A DNA stretch of 64,000 nucleotides from NCBI RefSeq assembly GCF_022807975.1, contig NZ_CP094358.1:4124171-4188170 (forward strand), written 5' to 3'. Position 1 is the stretch's first letter, and each line of letters opens with the position of its first letter. A model generated the notes under the pieces. That model did no database searches, had not been told where the DNA came from, and was given only the letters and a program-made list of their open reading frames with translations. Positions 20,007 through 30,083 of this stretch are shown piece by piece. The DNA comes from Abyssalbus ytuae. GTDB lineage: Bacteria > Bacteroidota > Bacteroidia > Flavobacteriales > Flavobacteriaceae. A program made the translations under genes and the position numbers.

Positions 20007-20807
20007 ATGGGACTTCAAAAGGGTTTTATTAAGTTAAAAGGTTCGTTGGGAGGACTTACCTTTTATGAAAAAAACGGAGAGAATATTGTGAGAACTACCG
20101 GCGGGATAGATAAAGAAAGGATTGCCAAGGATCCGTCTTTTAAGCGTACCCGTGAAAACATGGCTGAATTTGGCGGTGCTGCCAAAACCGGAAAAGCCCT
20201 GAGGATGGGATTTGCGAACATCATTAAAACCATGGCCGACAACAGGATTGTGGGCAGACTCACCGGAATAATGAAAAAGGTGAATACTCATGGTACAGGA
20301 TTAAGAGGACAACGTTCTTTTGAAATATTGAAAAATGCGAATATTATCCAGGGGTTTGAGTTTAATAAAACGTTTCCGCTGGGGGCTATTTTTTATGCTC
20401 CGACACAGGCACCGACCCTGGATGCCAACCGTAGTATTGTTACGTGGGTAGTACCGGATTTTGACACTGACAGTTTTATTACTGTTCCTGAAGGGGCCAC
20501 TCATTTTAAGCTGGTGTTAGCCACCACAGTATTGAGTGATTATACTTACGAGGTTTCGAGCAAGAGTTTTGTGCCGGTAAACCCGGCTGAAAACCAAAGG
20601 AACGGGGTTGCCTTTAGTGATGCTATTGCCATAGGCGGTATGGCAGGAAGTGATATTACGCTTACTGTTGATTTAGGTTTTGACTCTGCTTTACCGGCTA
20701 CGGCAGGGGTTATTAGTGCAACGGGTATAATTTTTTACCAGGAGATTAATTCTCAATTGTATGAATTGGCGGGTTCTAATGCTATGCGTATTGAAGCGAT
20801 AGAATAG
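20007..20807 (+). CDS. Hypothetical protein.
   Basis: 266-aa ORF with GC content above its neighbours. It is preceded by a structured GC-rich leader and followed by a terminator. Confidence 0.5.
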   Translation: MGLQKGFIKLKGSLGGLTFYEKNGENIVRTTGGIDKERIAKDPSFKRTRENMAEFGGAAKTGKALRMGFANIIKTMADNRIVGRLTGIMKKVNTHGTGLRGQRSFEILKNANIIQGFEFNKTFPLGAIFYAPTQAPTLDANRSIVTWVVPDFDTDSFITVPEGATHFKLVLATTVLSDYTYEVSSKSFVPVNPAENQRNGVAFSDAIAIGGMAGSDITLTVDLGFDSALPATAGVISATGIIFYQEINSQLYELAGSNAMRIEAIE

Positions 20808-20865
20808 TTGCCGCATTTAAAATCTTAGGAAAGGTTTTTGAAACAGAAAACCAGTGTAACGAAGC

Positions 20866-20910
20866 AATCCTGCTGATGACGATCAGCGGGGTTGTTTTTT
20901 TGTTTTGCTA
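20866..20910 (+). terminator. Rho-independent terminator.
   Basis: Hairpin cctgctgatgacgatcagcgggg followed by ttgtttttttgttttg. Confidence 0.55.
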
Positions 20911-20962
20911 TTTTTTCCGGGAGGGGAAGTACGCTTATTAAATCTGCCTTATAAATATAAAC

Positions 20963-21175
20963 TTAGGAATCCTTTTTAGTAGGTACCAATAATTCCCGGA
21001 TATCAACATCCAGTATTTTAGCAATGCGTTTAAGGTCTTTTAAATGCGGTTGGGATTTATTATTGCATATAGCAGTGACGGTATTAGGATTTTTACCCAA
21101 TTGAGCAGCCAGTTCTTTTTGGCTAATTCCTTTAATAACCAAAACTTCTTTTATTCTATTTATTCTTTCTTCCAT
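20963..21175 (-). CDS. XRE/Cro-CI family HTH regulator.
   Basis: 70-aa protein, ELAAQLGKNPNTVTAICNNKSQPHLKDLKRIAKIL. It is a close paralog of 42686-42892. Confidence 0.8.
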   Translation of the reverse strand: MEERINRIKEVLVIKGISQKELAAQLGKNPNTVTAICNNKSQPHLKDLKRIAKILDVDIRELLVPTKKDS

Positions 21176-21371
21176 ACACTACAAAAGTAGCTAAAACAGG
21201 GGTTTTATAAAATTTCATAAGTTCTAAAATATACGCATAACCAATATAAACATATGTTTAATTTGTATTTTTATTTGAATAACCTATGAAAATATTTTAT
21301 CAACTCATAGGTTATACTTATATTTGTGTGTGCTAAATCAATAAAAACATCAATAAAACCTATTATTTAAT

Positions 21372-21671
21372 ATGAAAAAAGAAGATTTAATTGTCAGTTT
21401 AATACAATGTAATATGCAGCACTGTCAACTGGTGTTAAATCTCGAAAATATAGGATTGGAAGACAGAGTAGGGGTGTTTGACATAAACTTGATGGAAATT
21501 GTAGCATGGCTTATGTGTGCTAAAAAAACAGAAATTGATGATGAGTGGATGGAAACCTATTTAAACTTTATGAATGAAGCTGCAAACTATAAAGTTACAA
21601 GAAACGGAACTTCTTTAAAATCATTGGCAGAAAAGTGTTATGAGGAATTAAAAGAAGTTTTACCAACATAA
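21372..21671 (+). CDS. Hypothetical protein.
   Basis: 99-aa ORF in AT-rich DNA with no recognisable motif. Confidence 0.35.
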   Translation: MKKEDLIVSLIQCNMQHCQLVLNLENIGLEDRVGVFDINLMEIVAWLMCAKKTEIDDEWMETYLNFMNEAANYKVTRNGTSLKSLAEKCYEELKEVLPT

Positions 21672-22284
21672 TAAATAAAATTCAATTCAATTACTGTTTG
21701 TAAATGTTAGAGTTTAATAATTTAGGTTGGCTATACACCAATTTGCTATGATGTTATTTGAATGATAATATTTATCATTATATTACTTTGCTTGGGTAAA
21801 AGTGAGAGTTACATTTGCTGATTTACTTTAAAAAGTTTTCTTCTGCAAAGCTACTTTTACAAAGTTTAATGGAACAATCCTTACACGAAACGACGGTAGG
21901 AGAGTAGTGTAATGCGTGTGGTATGGGAATATGTTACAAAATTAGATGCTTTTTGCTTCAGTGTAAGGCTCCCTAAAAACCGAACTGTTTAAAAATAGAA
22001 AATAGTTTTAGACTTAACCCAACTTCTTCATATAAGATTTTTCCTTATTTATAACAAAAGTTGCGTTTATGCACCCAATTTTGGGTGAGTAAACACAATT
22101 AATAAAGTTTATATATATTTAGCGGTCAGCAGATAAATCCACTATTCTGAACAAAACAGATAACGCTAAAATCCGAATATGCGTATTCGTCAATTGTCAT
22201 ATTTGCCAATTATAATTCTTTTCTTTATATTTGCACCATAACTTTAAAAGTGGCGACAACACTATAAATGCGGTACAAAATGTT

Positions 22285-22794
22285 ATGAATAAAGAACATA
22301 AAAAAAAATTCGCGAGTGAAAAAGAATTTTTAGCATTTGAATTTAAGTCAAAAGCAAGAATTATTGATGACAAAATGGTCGAGGTCATTGCGCCAGATGG
22401 AGAAGTTTTTTCAGTATTGGCTCCGATTGGGATTTACACCAATGAAGAAACTCGTCATTATCAACTACACGTAATAGAATATGTTTTTGACAAAAATTTC
22501 TCCGATGACAAGGAATTAATGACCCACAATATTTGGAAAGATTTATTTCTAAATCGCGTGTCATTTATGGGTATGAGTCCCGGAGACAAACAAGGAGAAA
22601 GAACTCGAATCGGAAAAAAAATTCGCCAAATTCGGGAAGAAAAGGGAATTGAAGGAAAAGACTTAGCAAGGTTAACAAATATAGACGCTGCAAATCTCAG
22701 TAGAATTGAACGAGGTAAATATTCCGTTGGACTTGATATTCTTTCAAAGCTAGCATCTGCCTTAGGATACCATATTGACATTGTACCAAATTAA
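22285..22794 (+). CDS. Protein with an N-terminal domain of unknown function and a C-terminal XRE-type HTH.
   Basis: C-terminus reads IRQIREEKGIEGKDLARLTNIDAANLSRIERGKYSVGLDILSKLASALGY. The ORF-track start lacks an ATG and overlaps a TATATTTG -7 promoter motif at about 22225, so the start is taken at M19 (22285). Confidence 0.55.
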   Translation: MNKEHKKKFASEKEFLAFEFKSKARIIDDKMVEVIAPDGEVFSVLAPIGIYTNEETRHYQLHVIEYVFDKNFSDDKELMTHNIWKDLFLNRVSFMGMSPGDKQGERTRIGKKIRQIREEKGIEGKDLARLTNIDAANLSRIERGKYSVGLDILSKLASALGYHIDIVPN

Positions 22795-22805
22795 ATGTAA
22801 TCAAT

Positions 22806-23804
22806 ATGGAAAATTTACTTGAAAATTATAATGGCATTCAAGAATGCTATTATAAAAACGAGCATTATTCTGTTCGAGATAATGGCGCTGTACTTCGGCA
22901 TACTCCTTATAATAATCGGACCAGACCAACAGATAACAAATGGACCTTTGGAAAATTAAACAACAGAACGGGTTATTTGGAAATCGCTTCTGTTCGTATT
23001 CACAGGATAGTTGCGACTGCCTTTCACGGAGAACCGCCAACAAAAGAACACGTTGTTGATCACATAGACACAAACAAACAAAATAATCGACCATACAATC
23101 TACGTTGGGTAACAAGATTAGAAAACATTTTACTTAACCCAATCACAGTGAAGCGAATTGAAATAGCTTGTGGATGTAGTGTTGAGGAATTTCTAACTGA
23201 CCCTTCAAAATTTCGTAATAAGTTTCAAGAACCAAACTATGAGTGGATGTGTGCAGTAAACATTCAAGAAGCACAAGCAAGTAAAGAAAGGTTATTGGCT
23301 TGGGCAAAAAGTGAAAAGCCATTACAAGGAGGTTCTTTAGGCGAATGGATTTATAATCGAAATATGTCAAATCAATTTACTGACTATATTGAAGAGAAAT
23401 TAGAGTTTATAAATTCTCTAACTCCAAATGCTGTTCAAAAAGCCAGAAATTGGAAAACACCAAGTGAATTTCCTTGTTGTCCTCAGGAAAATACTCATAA
23501 TCCAATGGCTGACTATATTGCAAACCTAAATATGGGGAATGTATTTTCTCGAAACCAATATACAAGTTCGATTATTGAATGTTTTGCAATTTCCAAAGAC
23601 GAAAACACATTGTGGATTATGTGCAAAAGTGGCGACGAAAACCCAATAAAACCTTATTCTTTGGCAGAGATAACCTATCAAAACGATGTTTTCGTTCATA
23701 ATAGTCTTGGAACTTTTTTCGAAAAAGGTGGAGCAGAAAAACAATTTACTCTTACACAAGGACTTGAATGGACAGGAGGTGAAACCATTGATGATTATTG
23801 TTGA
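22806..23804 (+). CDS. HNH endonuclease (HNH_3-type), a homing- or defense-associated nuclease.
   Basis: Motif EHVVDHIDTNKQNNRPYNLRWVTRLEN. Confidence 0.7.
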   Translation: MENLLENYNGIQECYYKNEHYSVRDNGAVLRHTPYNNRTRPTDNKWTFGKLNNRTGYLEIASVRIHRIVATAFHGEPPTKEHVVDHIDTNKQNNRPYNLRWVTRLENILLNPITVKRIEIACGCSVEEFLTDPSKFRNKFQEPNYEWMCAVNIQEAQASKERLLAWAKSEKPLQGGSLGEWIYNRNMSNQFTDYIEEKLEFINSLTPNAVQKARNWKTPSEFPCCPQENTHNPMADYIANLNMGNVFSRNQYTSSIIECFAISKDENTLWIMCKSGDENPIKPYSLAEITYQNDVFVHNSLGTFFEKGGAEKQFTLTQGLEWTGGETIDDYC

Positions 23805-23939
23805 AAATAAAAATTAAATATTAACAAAATGCCGAACCGCTAACACTGGCTCATGAGTAATTGCTGCTAATGGTTAAGCTTAAGATGTTTTCTTTCAAAT
23901 CTCTCACAGTTTCTATCTTTATTTCCTTAAATAGCGGTG

Positions 23940-24415
23940 GGGCGCGGCACTTTTACATAGCGACAAATTATGGAACAAATGAACTGAGAATTCCATATTG
24001 TTGACGATATAAAACACTGCGTGTTGTTATATCTACAATTATATCAAATACGCGGTATTCGCCGTTTTACTAAAAAACATTATTTTTGAATGATAATGTT
24101 CTGCGTTATGTAACTTGAGCTTTGGTAAAAGCAGGACAGAGCGTTAAGAAAAGGTCTGGTAGACCTTTTTAGCGAATGAGCCAGATGGCACTTAAACAAA
24201 CTACAGTTTCTTTAAAAAAATTTTGCTCCAAAAGTTTCTTCTACAATGTTAATGAAATCAAAAATAAGCCGAAGGCAAATATTTTTGATTCATGAACACC
24301 TCTAAAACAATATATATTTTGTGAATAAACACTTTTTATGCGACGAGTTTACACTGAGCAAAGTCGAAGTGTAGGAGGGAAGTGTAATGGGTGGGGAATG
24401 GGATTATTCCCCTTT
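23940..24415. repeat. Composite intergenic repeat (families R2 + R1), the longest copy.
   Basis: The part shared with 49220-49445 and 54945-55215 is ttgacgatataaaacactgcgtgttgttatatctacaattatatcaaatacgcggtattcgccgttttactaaaaaacattatttttgaatgataat. The R1 part, gacgagtttacactgagcaaagtcgaagtgtaggagggaagtgtaatgggtgggg, is shared with 21845, 38160, 49395 and 50310. Confidence 0.8.
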
Positions 24416-24491
24416 ATGTTGTTGAAAACATAGAATAACTTTCACAAATAAGATTCTTTTCTTTTGTTAAATTGCAATAAATATTAACAAT

Positions 24492-26855
24492 ATGCAGACA
24501 GGTTTTTTTGCTTACGGCTCACAAATTCCTTCAAGTGGTGAGTGTATAGAAGAAGCGATCAAAATTATTAATAATGATGATAACGATGTGAAAATTGAAT
24601 CTTGGAGAAATTTGAAAGTATCTGGGTCATTAATAATTTCTAATATATTAGCTTCAATAAATAAATCTGATTTCTTCTGTGCAGATCTGACAGGGCTTAA
24701 TGATAATGTCTTATTTGAAATAGGATATGCTTTAGCAAAAGGTAAACCTCTTTATTTAATTAATGATACTACACAAGAAGAATCTTCAAGGAGATTTAGA
24801 GAATTAGGTCTTTTGTCTACTGTTGGATATTACCCATACACTAACACACAAAATATTGTTGATGGTTTTTATAGAATGACACCTTATGATCCAGTTGATA
24901 AATATTGGGAGGAACTGACTAAAACTTTACCAAATGATATAGAAAGGAAGGCTCTTTTAGTTTTAAATAGTCAGGTAGAAACAAATTATAATCTTGAAAT
25001 AATTAATCAAGTAGAATTTTTTAATCTACCAAATATTGTAGATGATGCTAGTGAAAGTATAGTTCAACCTATTAGTTGGTATATTGAGCAATTATATTCT
25101 GTACCAGCTGTTTTAGTACAATTCTCTTCACAGGCTAGATCAGGGTATGAAATTCATAACTCTAAATGTGCTCTTGTATCTGGAATTGCATTGGGTCTAG
25201 GATTAAAGCTTCAAATGATTGCTGAAAAACCTTATGGAGTGCCAATGGATTATAAGGAACTCCTTAAAAAATTTAGTAATAGAAAAGAGTGTGCTTTAAT
25301 AGTAACAAATTACTTAGGTGAATTAAGAGATGAAATAGCCTCTTTACTTATAGATAGTGATAAAAAAACAATTGAGAGGAGAACTAGAAGCGAACTCCAA
25401 AATGTCAATTTTGGTGAGGCGATTGCTGAGCACGAAAGTAATAATCTTTATGAATATTATGTGGATACATATCACACTCAACAACTAATTAAAAATGAAT
25501 ATAATATCGTAATTGGAAGAAAAGGTTCAGGGAAAACAGCAACGCTTTATTATTTAAAAGAAGACTTAGCCAGAGATGTAAGGAATAATGTGATACTAAT
25601 AAAGCCAATAAATTTTGAGGTTGATGGATTAATTTTACTTATGGAGGAATCTAATAGTGAATTTGAAAAAGGTTTTTTAATAGAAACAATTTGGAAGTTT
25701 CTGATATATACAGAAATTGCTAAATATTTATATTCAAAAACAAAAGATAAACCTCTCTATGCATTGACTGATGTTGAAACAAAATTTATAGACTTCATCG
25801 AAAAAAATAAGGCTATATATCTTACTGATTTCTCAACGAGGTTAGAAGAACAAATAAAAATTCTAAAGGAAAATAATATAAAAGATATTGGTGCAGGAAA
25901 TAATAAAGAATTTAGGTTAAAAGTTTCAGAGTTGCTTCATCAAAGTTCTATTTATGAAATGAAAAAGTATTTTGGTGATTTAATCCCTAAGAAACATAGG
26001 CTGATAGTACTTATTGATAACTTAGATAAGTCCTGGCGCAAAGATTCCAAAATTAATATTCTTAGCAAATATATACTTGGATTATTAGGGGTTTCAGGTC
26101 GGATTTTTCAAGAGTTATCTTATATAAAATCAACGAATAAAAATATTGCATTTCATCTTACTATATTTCTTAGAAGTGATATTTTCAAGCGTGTAATTTC
26201 TTTTGCGAGGGAGCCTGATAAAATTGAAGTTTCTAGATTAAAATGGGATGATCCAGAGATTTTGTTTAGAATTGTAGAAGATCGTTTTACTCAACTAAGT
26301 AAAGGGAAATATACTGGAGATGATCTTTGGGAAAAGTTTTTCGTGAAAAAGGTAAAATCTATGGATACTAAAGAATATATAACTAATAGTATTTTTCCAA
26401 GACCTAGAGATATAATTTATTTTTTCAAAACCTGTAAGGATATTGCTATTTCTAGGGGGCATAATATTATAGAAGAGAATGATGTTATTTCTGCTCATAC
26501 AGATTATTCAAGTTGGGTTTTCAAGTCAGTTTTAGTAGAAAATGGAATTACTTATAAACAGATGGAAGATTTTATGTATGAATTGATGACTAGTAATGAA
26601 ATCATAAGCATAGAACAAATAAATGAAAAGATGACTAATGCTAAAATACTTAATCATGACTCGGATGATCTAGATAGGTTTATTGATCATTTGGTAAATT
26701 TAACAATTATTGGAAGAGAAACAGAGAAAGGCAAATTCAGTTTTGAGTATGATGTAGATAATGCAAAAAAAATCAAAATATTGTCTAAAAAATTAGATTC
26801 CAATAGATTTAAAATTCATCCGGCGCTAGTACCATATTTAGAATGTAAAACCTAA
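24492..26855 (+). CDS. Candidate anti-phage defense protein. It fuses an N-terminal nucleoside 2-deoxyribosyltransferase-like or TIR-like domain to a central P-loop NTPase, with a C-terminal helical region.
   Basis: The N-terminal segment FFAYGS...FFCADLTGLNDNVLFEIGYALAKGKPLYLI matches the deoxyribosyltransferase/TIR-like signature. Walker A is IGRKGSGKTA, at about residue 345. Walker B-like is LIVLIDNLDKSW. It is flanked by an HNH nuclease and by repeats. Confidence 0.55.
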   Translation: MQTGFFAYGSQIPSSGECIEEAIKIINNDDNDVKIESWRNLKVSGSLIISNILASINKSDFFCADLTGLNDNVLFEIGYALAKGKPLYLINDTTQEESSRRFRELGLLSTVGYYPYTNTQNIVDGFYRMTPYDPVDKYWEELTKTLPNDIERKALLVLNSQVETNYNLEIINQVEFFNLPNIVDDASESIVQPISWYIEQLYSVPAVLVQFSSQARSGYEIHNSKCALVSGIALGLGLKLQMIAEKPYGVPMDYKELLKKFSNRKECALIVTNYLGELRDEIASLLIDSDKKTIERRTRSELQNVNFGEAIAEHESNNLYEYYVDTYHTQQLIKNEYNIVIGRKGSGKTATLYYLKEDLARDVRNNVILIKPINFEVDGLILLMEESNSEFEKGFLIETIWKFLIYTEIAKYLYSKTKDKPLYALTDVETKFIDFIEKNKAIYLTDFSTRLEEQIKILKENNIKDIGAGNNKEFRLKVSELLHQSSIYEMKKYFGDLIPKKHRLIVLIDNLDKSWRKDSKINILSKYILGLLGVSGRIFQELSYIKSTNKNIAFHLTIFLRSDIFKRVISFAREPDKIEVSRLKWDDPEILFRIVEDRFTQLSKGKYTGDDLWEKFFVKKVKSMDTKEYITNSIFPRPRDIIYFFKTCKDIAISRGHNIIEENDVISAHTDYSSWVFKSVLVENGITYKQMEDFMYELMTSNEIISIEQINEKMTNAKILNHDSDDLDRFIDHLVNLTIIGRETEKGKFSFEYDVDNAKKIKILSKKLDSNRFKIHPALVPYLECKT

Positions 26856-26914
26856 AGAAAAGGTAAGTTGAACCTATATATTATGTAAAATAGAACTTCA
26901 ATTTTTGGTAATGG

Positions 26915-27050
26915 CCTCAGAAAACTTTATTCATTTCATTCTTAATTGTTTTTTAAAGGAATTCATGAATCTTGAATTCGCAAGCTCATTCTGCGATTTG
27001 GTTAAAACAATCCGCCTTCGTTTCACAACGTCGGACAAGTAGGTGAGTGG
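26915..27050. repeat. Intergenic repeat of family R3.
   Basis: cctcagaaaactttattcatttcattcttaattgttttttaaaggaattcatgaatcttgaattcgcaagctcattctgcgatttgg...caatccgccttcgtttcacaac.tcggacaagtaggtgagtg. Near-identical at 44195-44330. Confidence 0.85.
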
Positions 27051-27477
27051 AGCGGTCATATTTTAGGGCATGGTAAATGCAATTATCCAGTGGATGATAG
27101 TATTTAACAGTGAGCTAATGCGGCTGGTTAACTTCAATCACCAGCGCGACAAGCCCATCCATCACTAAAAATGTACACTGTACATTTTCTTAACGCTCTG
27201 GAGTCTAAAATATAGTGGAACGAATGTTTTTATTGTTTCCAAAATAGAGAGAGCAGGGTGGAGGGTATAGTTCTCTTTTGAAGATTGTTAATGGAGTTGC
27301 CATGTAAGAAACGCAGAAGAAATTAATAATGAAGAAAATAAAATTCTATATTTGCAGCCTAATTAATTATTAAAAACAAAAAAGTAATATCTATGAGCAT
27401 ACTTAAATTACATAAATCGGGCGCTAAAACGCGACTTTCCAGGTTGATGTTCTAGGTAAAAAACTTTTTAAAAGATA

Positions 27478-27520
27478 GTAAAAGCGTCCAAAAAATAAGT
27501 TTTGGACGCTTTTTTTATAT
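27478..27520 (+). terminator. Rho-independent terminator.
   Basis: Perfect 11-bp stem agcgtccaaaa/ttttggacgct followed by a T-run. Confidence 0.7.
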
Positions 27521-27852
27521 TTTTTTTTCAAAATTAACAGATGCCTTTACATCGTGTAAGTTTTAGCTACATAACCAATAATCAAAGAGTTATCTAAACT
27601 CTGAATATCTGCACAAAAGCGGACCAGGATTTTATTGTTTTAACTTATTGATAATCAATAAAATAAATTTGAATTTTATTTGTGTAATTAAAAAAAGCAT
27701 TCCATATTTGCACCGCAATAAAGCAACAAAATAATATAAAAAACGAAGTACAATGTTCAGTTATCAATTAAACAAAAACATACAGAGAGAACCAGGTTCT
27801 CTTACTTGTTTGCTTCGTGACTTCTTTTATCATTAAATAAAATATTTTAATT

Positions 27853-27890
27853 ATATGAAAAGTAGTCCGAAGTTTTAAAGTTTCGGACTT
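27853..27890 (+). terminator. Rho-independent terminator.
   Basis: agtccgaa...ttcggact followed by ttttttt. Confidence 0.65.
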
Positions 27891-27995
27891 TTTTTATGGT
27901 TATATCTTCCTGAAATTTTTCCGAAAGACGATTTTAAAAATTAAGGAGTCAATAAATATTGACCTCCCTGAAATCAAACATCTCAAAATTAAATA

Positions 27996-29387
27996 ATGGG
28001 AAATAAATTAAAGGGGAAAGATCTAATCAAATTAGGTTTTCCCAGAAACAACAGCATCAATATTGCTTTAGGACAGATTAACAGATACTGTAAAAAAGAA
28101 AAGAAAGAAAATATATTGGAAGAAGCCAAAGAAGTGTTATTGGCTCCGGAAAAATTTCGAGGAAATGCTATTTGGGGAAAGGTAGCCGAAGGATTGGTAA
28201 AACCGGTGGAAGTTAGAAGGCATCAACTAAGAAATACAAGAGCTCCGTTTTTAATTTATGGAGAAAATGAGATTGACGAGCAAGCCAAATATCAGTTATA
28301 TGATGCTTTAAAATTACCCATAGCAGTGCAGGGAGCTTTAATGCCAGATGCACATTCGGGTTATGGTTTGCCAATAGGAGGGGTGCTTGCTACCGAAAAT
28401 GCAGTGATTCCTTATGGTGTGGGTGTTGATATTGGTTGCAGAATGTGTTTAACAGTATATCCGATAAAAGCCTCTTATTTAAAAGGGAAACAGCAGCAAT
28501 TGGAAAATATACTGGCAGAGCATACCAAATTCGGAATGAAGGAAACGCATGTTATAAAACACGATCATGAAATTTTTGAACGTGCGGAGTTTCAAGACAT
28601 TCCATTGATAAAAAGGTTGAAAACCAAGGCTTATGAACAATTGGGTACCTCAGGGAGTGGTAATCATTTTGTAGAGTTCGGGATTGTAAATATTACCGAT
28701 GAAAACAATGAATTACAATTACCTACAGGTGATTATGTAGGGTTGTTAACTCATAGCGGAAGCCGGGGTTTGGGAGCCAATATAGCGAAACATTATACTT
28801 ATTTGGCAACTAAGCAATGTCCGTTACCTAAAAATGTACAGCATTTGGCATGGTTGGATTTAAGTACCCATGATGGGCAAGAGTATTGGTTGGCTATGAA
28901 TTTAGCCGGGGATTATGCTAAAGCATGTCATGATGATATTCATAAACGAATAGGGAAATTACTGGGAGCAAAAGCAGTAGCGAAGATTGAGAATCATCAC
29001 AACTTTGCCTGGAAAGAACAAGTAAACGGGGTGGAAAGGATTGTACATAGAAAAGGAGCCACCCCTGCCAATAAAGGTGAGTTAGGAATCATTCCGGGGT
29101 CTATGACAACACCAGGATATATTGTTCGCGGTCTGGGTAATGCCGAAAGCTTAAATTCTGCTTCTCATGGTGCGGGGCGTTTACATTCACGAAGAAAATG
29201 TAAAGAAAAATTTACGAAAAGTGATATTAAACACCAATTGAAATTAAATGATGTAAGCCTTATTGGCGGTGGAATAGATGAGGCGCCTATGGCCTATAAA
29301 GACATTGAAAAAGTAATGGCAAATCAACAAGAACTGGTAGAGGTGTCAGGGACATTTATACCAAAGATTGTAAGAATGGATAAGTAA
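27996..29387 (+). CDS. rtcB: RtcB-family RNA 3'-phosphate ligase, of the PrfH-associated RtcB2 type.
   Basis: Motifs LMPDAHSGYGLPIGGV, GVDIGCRMC and NHHNFAW. The stop is 3 bp from the prfH start. Confidence 0.85.
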   Translation: MGNKLKGKDLIKLGFPRNNSINIALGQINRYCKKEKKENILEEAKEVLLAPEKFRGNAIWGKVAEGLVKPVEVRRHQLRNTRAPFLIYGENEIDEQAKYQLYDALKLPIAVQGALMPDAHSGYGLPIGGVLATENAVIPYGVGVDIGCRMCLTVYPIKASYLKGKQQQLENILAEHTKFGMKETHVIKHDHEIFERAEFQDIPLIKRLKTKAYEQLGTSGSGNHFVEFGIVNITDENNELQLPTGDYVGLLTHSGSRGLGANIAKHYTYLATKQCPLPKNVQHLAWLDLSTHDGQEYWLAMNLAGDYAKACHDDIHKRIGKLLGAKAVAKIENHHNFAWKEQVNGVERIVHRKGATPANKGELGIIPGSMTTPGYIVRGLGNAESLNSASHGAGRLHSRRKCKEKFTKSDIKHQLKLNDVSLIGGGIDEAPMAYKDIEKVMANQQELVEVSGTFIPKIVRMDK

Positions 29388-29389
29388 AA

Positions 29390-30082
29390 ATGAAAACTAA
29401 AATAATACAATTAACATCAGCAAAGGGACCCGTAGAATGTGCCTGGGTTGTAGCTAAAATACTAAAACTCTTCTTAAAAGAATTGACAGGTAATAAAATA
29501 GCCTATGAAATTTTGCATAAAGAAGATGGTTTAGAAAACGGTACGGTACAATCAGTAACTATAAAACTAAAGGGAAAGGAACTTTCGGAATTTTTAGAAG
29601 GTTGGTTAGGTACTATTCAATGGATAGGAACCTCAACTTTCAGGAAATATCATAAACGTAAAAATTGGTTTATAGGTTGTTATGAGTTGCATCAATATCA
29701 ACAAAAAACAATTAGTGAAAGTGAAATTCAATTTCAAGCTATTCGGAGTTCCGGTGCCGGGGGGCAACATGTGAACAAAGTAAGTTCGGCTATCAGAGCG
29801 AAGCATATACCAACAGGGGTTCAGGTTTTGGTGATGGATAACCGTTCGCAGCACCAAAATAAGAAGATTGCTATTGAGCGATTAAAGGAAAAAATTGCTG
29901 ATTATAATACAGGCCAGTTAAAAGAGGCTATAAAAAGTGAATGGGAAAATCATTTGAATTTGGAAAGAGGGAATCCTGTTCGAATATTTACCGGCTCAGA
30001 TTTTAAACAAAACAAAAGGGATAAATCTTTTAAAACGAAACGTAATCAGTTGAAAACCGATTTGCGAAAACAATTAGAATAA
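29390..30082 (+). CDS. prfH: Peptide chain release factor H-like protein (PrfH).
   Basis: GGQ motif (SSGAGGQHVNKV). It is short (230 aa) and lacks the codon-recognition domain, as PrfH does. Confidence 0.8.
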   Translation: MKTKIIQLTSAKGPVECAWVVAKILKLFLKELTGNKIAYEILHKEDGLENGTVQSVTIKLKGKELSEFLEGWLGTIQWIGTSTFRKYHKRKNWFIGCYELHQYQQKTISESEIQFQAIRSSGAGGQHVNKVSSAIRAKHIPTGVQVLVMDNRSQHQNKKIAIERLKEKIADYNTGQLKEAIKSEWENHLNLERGNPVRIFTGSDFKQNKRDKSFKTKRNQLKTDLRKQLE

Positions 30083-30083
30083 A

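Noticed and set aside
19623-20018. Two 64-aa ORFs in the GC-rich leader
   Set aside because: They are short, oppositely oriented and sit in palindrome-rich DNA. They are more plausibly non-coding structured sequence.
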